A stretch of DNA of 64,000 nt, taken from an uncultured delta proteobacterium. Lineage in GTDB: Bacteria; Myxococcota; Myxococcia; Myxococcales; Myxococcaceae. A program made the position numbers and the translations under genes. The notes beneath the pieces are model-generated. The model saw nothing but the letters and a program-made list of their open reading frames with translations. It did no database searches and was not told the origin of the DNA. Positions 61,191 to 64,000 of this stretch are shown here, piece after piece (position 1 is the stretch's first letter; each line of letters begins with the position of its first letter). The stretch covers positions 160,001 through 224,000 of the forward strand of contig CAWCKH010000003.1 of assembly GCA_963796055.1 (NCBI GenBank), written 5' to 3'.

Positions 61191-62432
61191 TCAGTTCGCC
61201 GGGACCCCGAGGTAGGTCTCGTCGTGCCAGTCCCCGGTGGTGTAGACGAAGCCGCCGAGCATTGGCGCGGCGACCCCCGAGAACCGCTTCACCGGCATGG
61301 GCGTCAGCTCCACCCAGGTATCGGTCGCCGGATCGTACGCGGTCGTGTCGTCGACCAGGACCGCGTTGGCAATCTCCCCCCCGAGCACGAGGATGCGGTC
61401 TCGGAAGACGAAGGTGCTCTCGGTGATGTGGCTCCGGGCCCGGGGCATGCTTGCCCCGCGGGTCCAGGTGTCGGTAGCCGGATCATAGACCTCCACGTCC
61501 GGGACCGTGACCAGGGTCTCATCGTGATCGTGCTGCCCGCCGATGACGTAGATCTTCCCGGCGTAGACGGCCGAGCCGACGTGGTTGCGCGGCGTGGGGA
61601 GGGAGGCGGCGCTGGTCCAGCCGGTCGCCCCTCCCGCGAGATCGAGTACCCAGTGCTGGTTGGTGTCGTGTGCCTGTCTGGCGCTCAGGCCGCCCATGAA
61701 GTGGAGCTTCCCGCCGAGGTAGGCCAGCGTCCCGGCGCCCCGCGCGTCCGGGAGCGCAGGCATCGCCTCGTACCGGTCGCCCGCCACGCGGTACGCCCAG
61801 ACGTGGACCGTTCCGAACACCTGGTAGGTCCGGGAGGCATCCTCGACGAAGCCGCCGACCAGGTAGACGTCGGTGCCGTCGGTGGCCGTGCCGGCGTGGC
61901 TGACTCCTTCTGGAAGGTCGGCGAGCCGGGTCCAGGTGTTGCTCGCGGGGTCGTAGGCGAAGGCGTGACGGGTGGGGGTGCAGCACGGCTTGAACGGGTC
62001 GAAGCCACCAAACGTGTAGAGCTTGCCGCCCACCAGCGCGCCCTGGGATTCGCTGGTCCCCTCGGGCCGGAGCGCGAGCTGGCTCCAGCGGATGGCGGTG
62101 AACCCACCGCCGCCCGCTCCCCCGTCCGGGACGCCGCCATCCGGGGTCCCGGCATCGGGTGACCCCTCGGGACCTGCATCGGGTGGCCCCGCATCCGGTC
62201 CAGCGTCGGTGCCGGCGTCCAGCCCGGTGCCGCCGTCCGTGCCCCCCGGCCCCCCGTCCGGTCCCGACGCGATCTTTCCCGGCCCCGAGGAGCCGCAGCT
62301 CAACAGTGCAGCGACGACTGCGATGGTCCACCCGCGATGCAAACCCGCGCCCTCCTGCCCGCTCACCCGGGGGCCGCCCGTCCTCGGGGCATCCGCCTCG
62401 AGGAAGGGAATGCCGATGCCCGGGGATGGCAT
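61191..62432 (-). CDS. Kelch-repeat beta-propeller lipoprotein
   Basis: LLSC lipobox, DAG/PDGG low-complexity linker, repeated GG...YDP..TW motifs. True start probably downstream of 62432. Confidence 0.85.
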   Translation of the reverse strand: MPSPGIGIPFLEADAPRTGGPRVSGQEGAGLHRGWTIAVVAALLSCGSSGPGKIASGPDGGPGGTDGGTGLDAGTDAGPDAGPPDAGPEGSPDAGTPDGGVPDGGAGGGGFTAIRWSQLALRPEGTSESQGALVGGKLYTFGGFDPFKPCCTPTRHAFAYDPASNTWTRLADLPEGVSHAGTATDGTDVYLVGGFVEDASRTYQVFGTVHVWAYRVAGDRYEAMPALPDARGAGTLAYLGGKLHFMGGLSARQAHDTNQHWVLDLAGGATGWTSAASLPTPRNHVGSAVYAGKIYVIGGQHDHDETLVTVPDVEVYDPATDTWTRGASMPRARSHITESTFVFRDRILVLGGEIANAVLVDDTTAYDPATDTWVELTPMPVKRFSGVAAPMLGGFVYTTGDWHDETYLGVPAN

Positions 62433-62484
62433 CCAGTGGCTGGCGGTGAACGCTCGCCGGTGGACAGTCCACCCGCACGGCCGC

Positions 62485-64000
62485 TCAACCCGGCGGCGAC
62501 GGAGGCACGGGCGCCGGAGCCGTCACCACCTTCGGCGGCCGCGGTCGCCACAGCCCGCCGGTGCCGAGCGCGTTCCACCCGGCCCGCACCCAGGACAGGA
62601 GCGCAGTCGCCATCCAAAGAGCCCAGGCAAGCATCGCCAGCCGGTAGACGAGCAGGGGCACCGAGAAGACCAGCGGTCGGGGGAGCGCGCCCGGCACGCG
62701 GTCGGCGGTCCAGCGCAGCGACTCGAGCACCGAGCCGTTGCCGGCGATCTGCATGTCGGGCTGGCCGAGCAGCCCGCGCCGGACCGCCTCGAAGAGGGCA
62801 AGGAGGGCGAACCCGGTGGTCACCACCAGCGCCAGCTGCATCAGGTTGAACGCCCACCACGGCCGTACCCGGGCGCCGAACGCGCCACGCCACCCGAGCG
62901 CCAGCAGCCACAGCACCACCAGCGCCGCGGAGGGAACCGAGACCTGCGTCAGGCCCACCCCGAGCAGCATCCAGGCGCCGAGCCGCAGCGGGCTGTGTGG
63001 CACCCGGGCGAGCGCCAGCGCAACCAGCGCCGTCACCAGCAGCACGCTCCAGAAGAGCACCGCCGGGCCGAAGGTGGGCCCGGCCAGCCAGAGGACCCAG
63101 CGCTGCGCAGGAAGAGAGACGACCACGTCCACGTTCGCGCCCGGAGCGCCCGCATCCACGGCCGAGGGCCGGAATGCCGCCGTGATGCCGCGCGGCTCAC
63201 GCCACCGCACCGCCACCTGCGACCTGGGCGGGGTGAGCGTCACCAGCAGCCGGCTTCCGTCCAGCCGCACCGGCTGTGCCTGTCCGTTCACGGCCAACCC
63301 GAGCAGCTCGATCCCGGGCGGCAGCGCCAGCACGTGCTGTCCGCCGCGGCTGGTCCGGAAGACCAGCTCCAGGCCCACCTCCGTCGCATGCAGCCCGGGG
63401 CGCACCTCCTCCTTGCCGCTGTCGAGAGTGAGCGTCGCCCCACCGATGCCCTCCGGCCGGGTGACCTGGATCGACACCGACTCCCCCGGCCAGGGAAGCC
63501 AGGTGGGCTGGTGCGACTCGGCCCCGGCGCCCGGGTGCACGGGGGCGATGCCTCCGAGCTGGACGTGCCACATCGGCCCTGCATCGAGGACCCAGCGCTC
63601 CACGAACGAGGCGGACGAGGGTGCGGAAAGCGACAGCGCCGGACGCTGCTCGAGGGTGCTGCGCCAGGACAGGCTCGCCGTTCCGGGCGGGAGATTGACC
63701 GCGACCGCTCCCTCGCTGACCGGTAGATCCGCGGTCAGCACCGCCTCGCCGGGCAGCAACGGGACGCGGAGCACGACCGCGCTTCCCGGCGGCGACAGCC
63801 GTTCGACCTCGGTCTCCACGTTCCAGGTCAGCCCCAGCCGGAGCGTGCGCGTGACCCGGGCGAAGGCCGGGAGCGCTCCGGGGCGCAGCGCCTCGCCACC
63901 GCCGGCGCGCTCGAGACGGCTGAGCTGCAAGGTCGGCTCGGGCCGACCATCCTCGCGGACGCCGTCCACCTTCCAGCCCCGTGCCTGGACGGTGAGGTAC
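62485..64000 (-). CDS. Large hypothetical membrane protein, C-terminal part (begins beyond window end)
   Basis: Beta-rich soluble region then about 5 TM helices (GPAVLFW, LLGVGLTQ, GLLGQPDMQIAGNGS, YRLAMLAWALW); frame open to the window edge. Confidence 0.8.
   Translation of the reverse strand, partial: YLTVQARGWKVDGVREDGRPEPTLQLSRLERAGGGEALRPGALPAFARVTRTLRLGLTWNVETEVERLSPPGSAVVLRVPLLPGEAVLTADLPVSEGAVAVNLPPGTASLSWRSTLEQRPALSLSAPSSASFVERWVLDAGPMWHVQLGGIAPVHPGAGAESHQPTWLPWPGESVSIQVTRPEGIGGATLTLDSGKEEVRPGLHATEVGLELVFRTSRGGQHVLALPPGIELLGLAVNGQAQPVRLDGSRLLVTLTPPRSQVAVRWREPRGITAAFRPSAVDAGAPGANVDVVVSLPAQRWVLWLAGPTFGPAVLFWSVLLVTALVALALARVPHSPLRLGAWMLLGVGLTQVSVPSAALVVLWLLALGWRGAFGARVRPWWAFNLMQLALVVTTGFALLALFEAVRRGLLGQPDMQIAGNGSVLESLRWTADRVPGALPRPLVFSVPLLVYRLAMLAWALWMATALLSWVRAGWNALGTGGLWRPRPPKVVTAPAPVPPSPPG

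Overview
High-GC chromosomal window from a myxobacterium (Myxococcota). The assignment rests on romR with its tandem-CheW and REC-GGDEF neighbours beside valS, a stand-alone GroEL with a CIRCE element, and a myxobacterial-type LexA box. Most of the window is core genome: a B12-dependent beta-lysine catabolic cluster (kdd, kamD, kamE, kal, kce; kamA absent), pncB, nadC, coaBC, udg, mlaEFD-type transporter, lexA, nlpD-surE-eno, glpX, valS, groEL, tRNA(CAT) and tRNA-Sec. No integrase, transposase, cas gene or CRISPR array was seen. The most unusual observations are: (1) one family of ~83-85 bp tandem repeats with a GCGGCCGC core, found at two loci 34 kb apart, both starting at a stop codon between convergent genes and sharing both ends; the larger array follows an RHH + 50-aa ORF pair. 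(2) A Hypr-type (Ser-signature) GGDEF predicted to make 3',3'-cGAMP, divergent from cheW-romR. (3) Decayed DNA around selC: an Omp85-like C-terminal remnant, a truncated kdpA and a 19-bp duplication of tRNA-Sec sequence. (4) Near-cognate start codons (surE ATC, DUF3047 CTG) and a LysR gene with no start codon. (5) A +1 frameshift in valS, probably an assembly error, which also weakens any single-base claim here. All calls come from reading motifs by eye; no searches were run.
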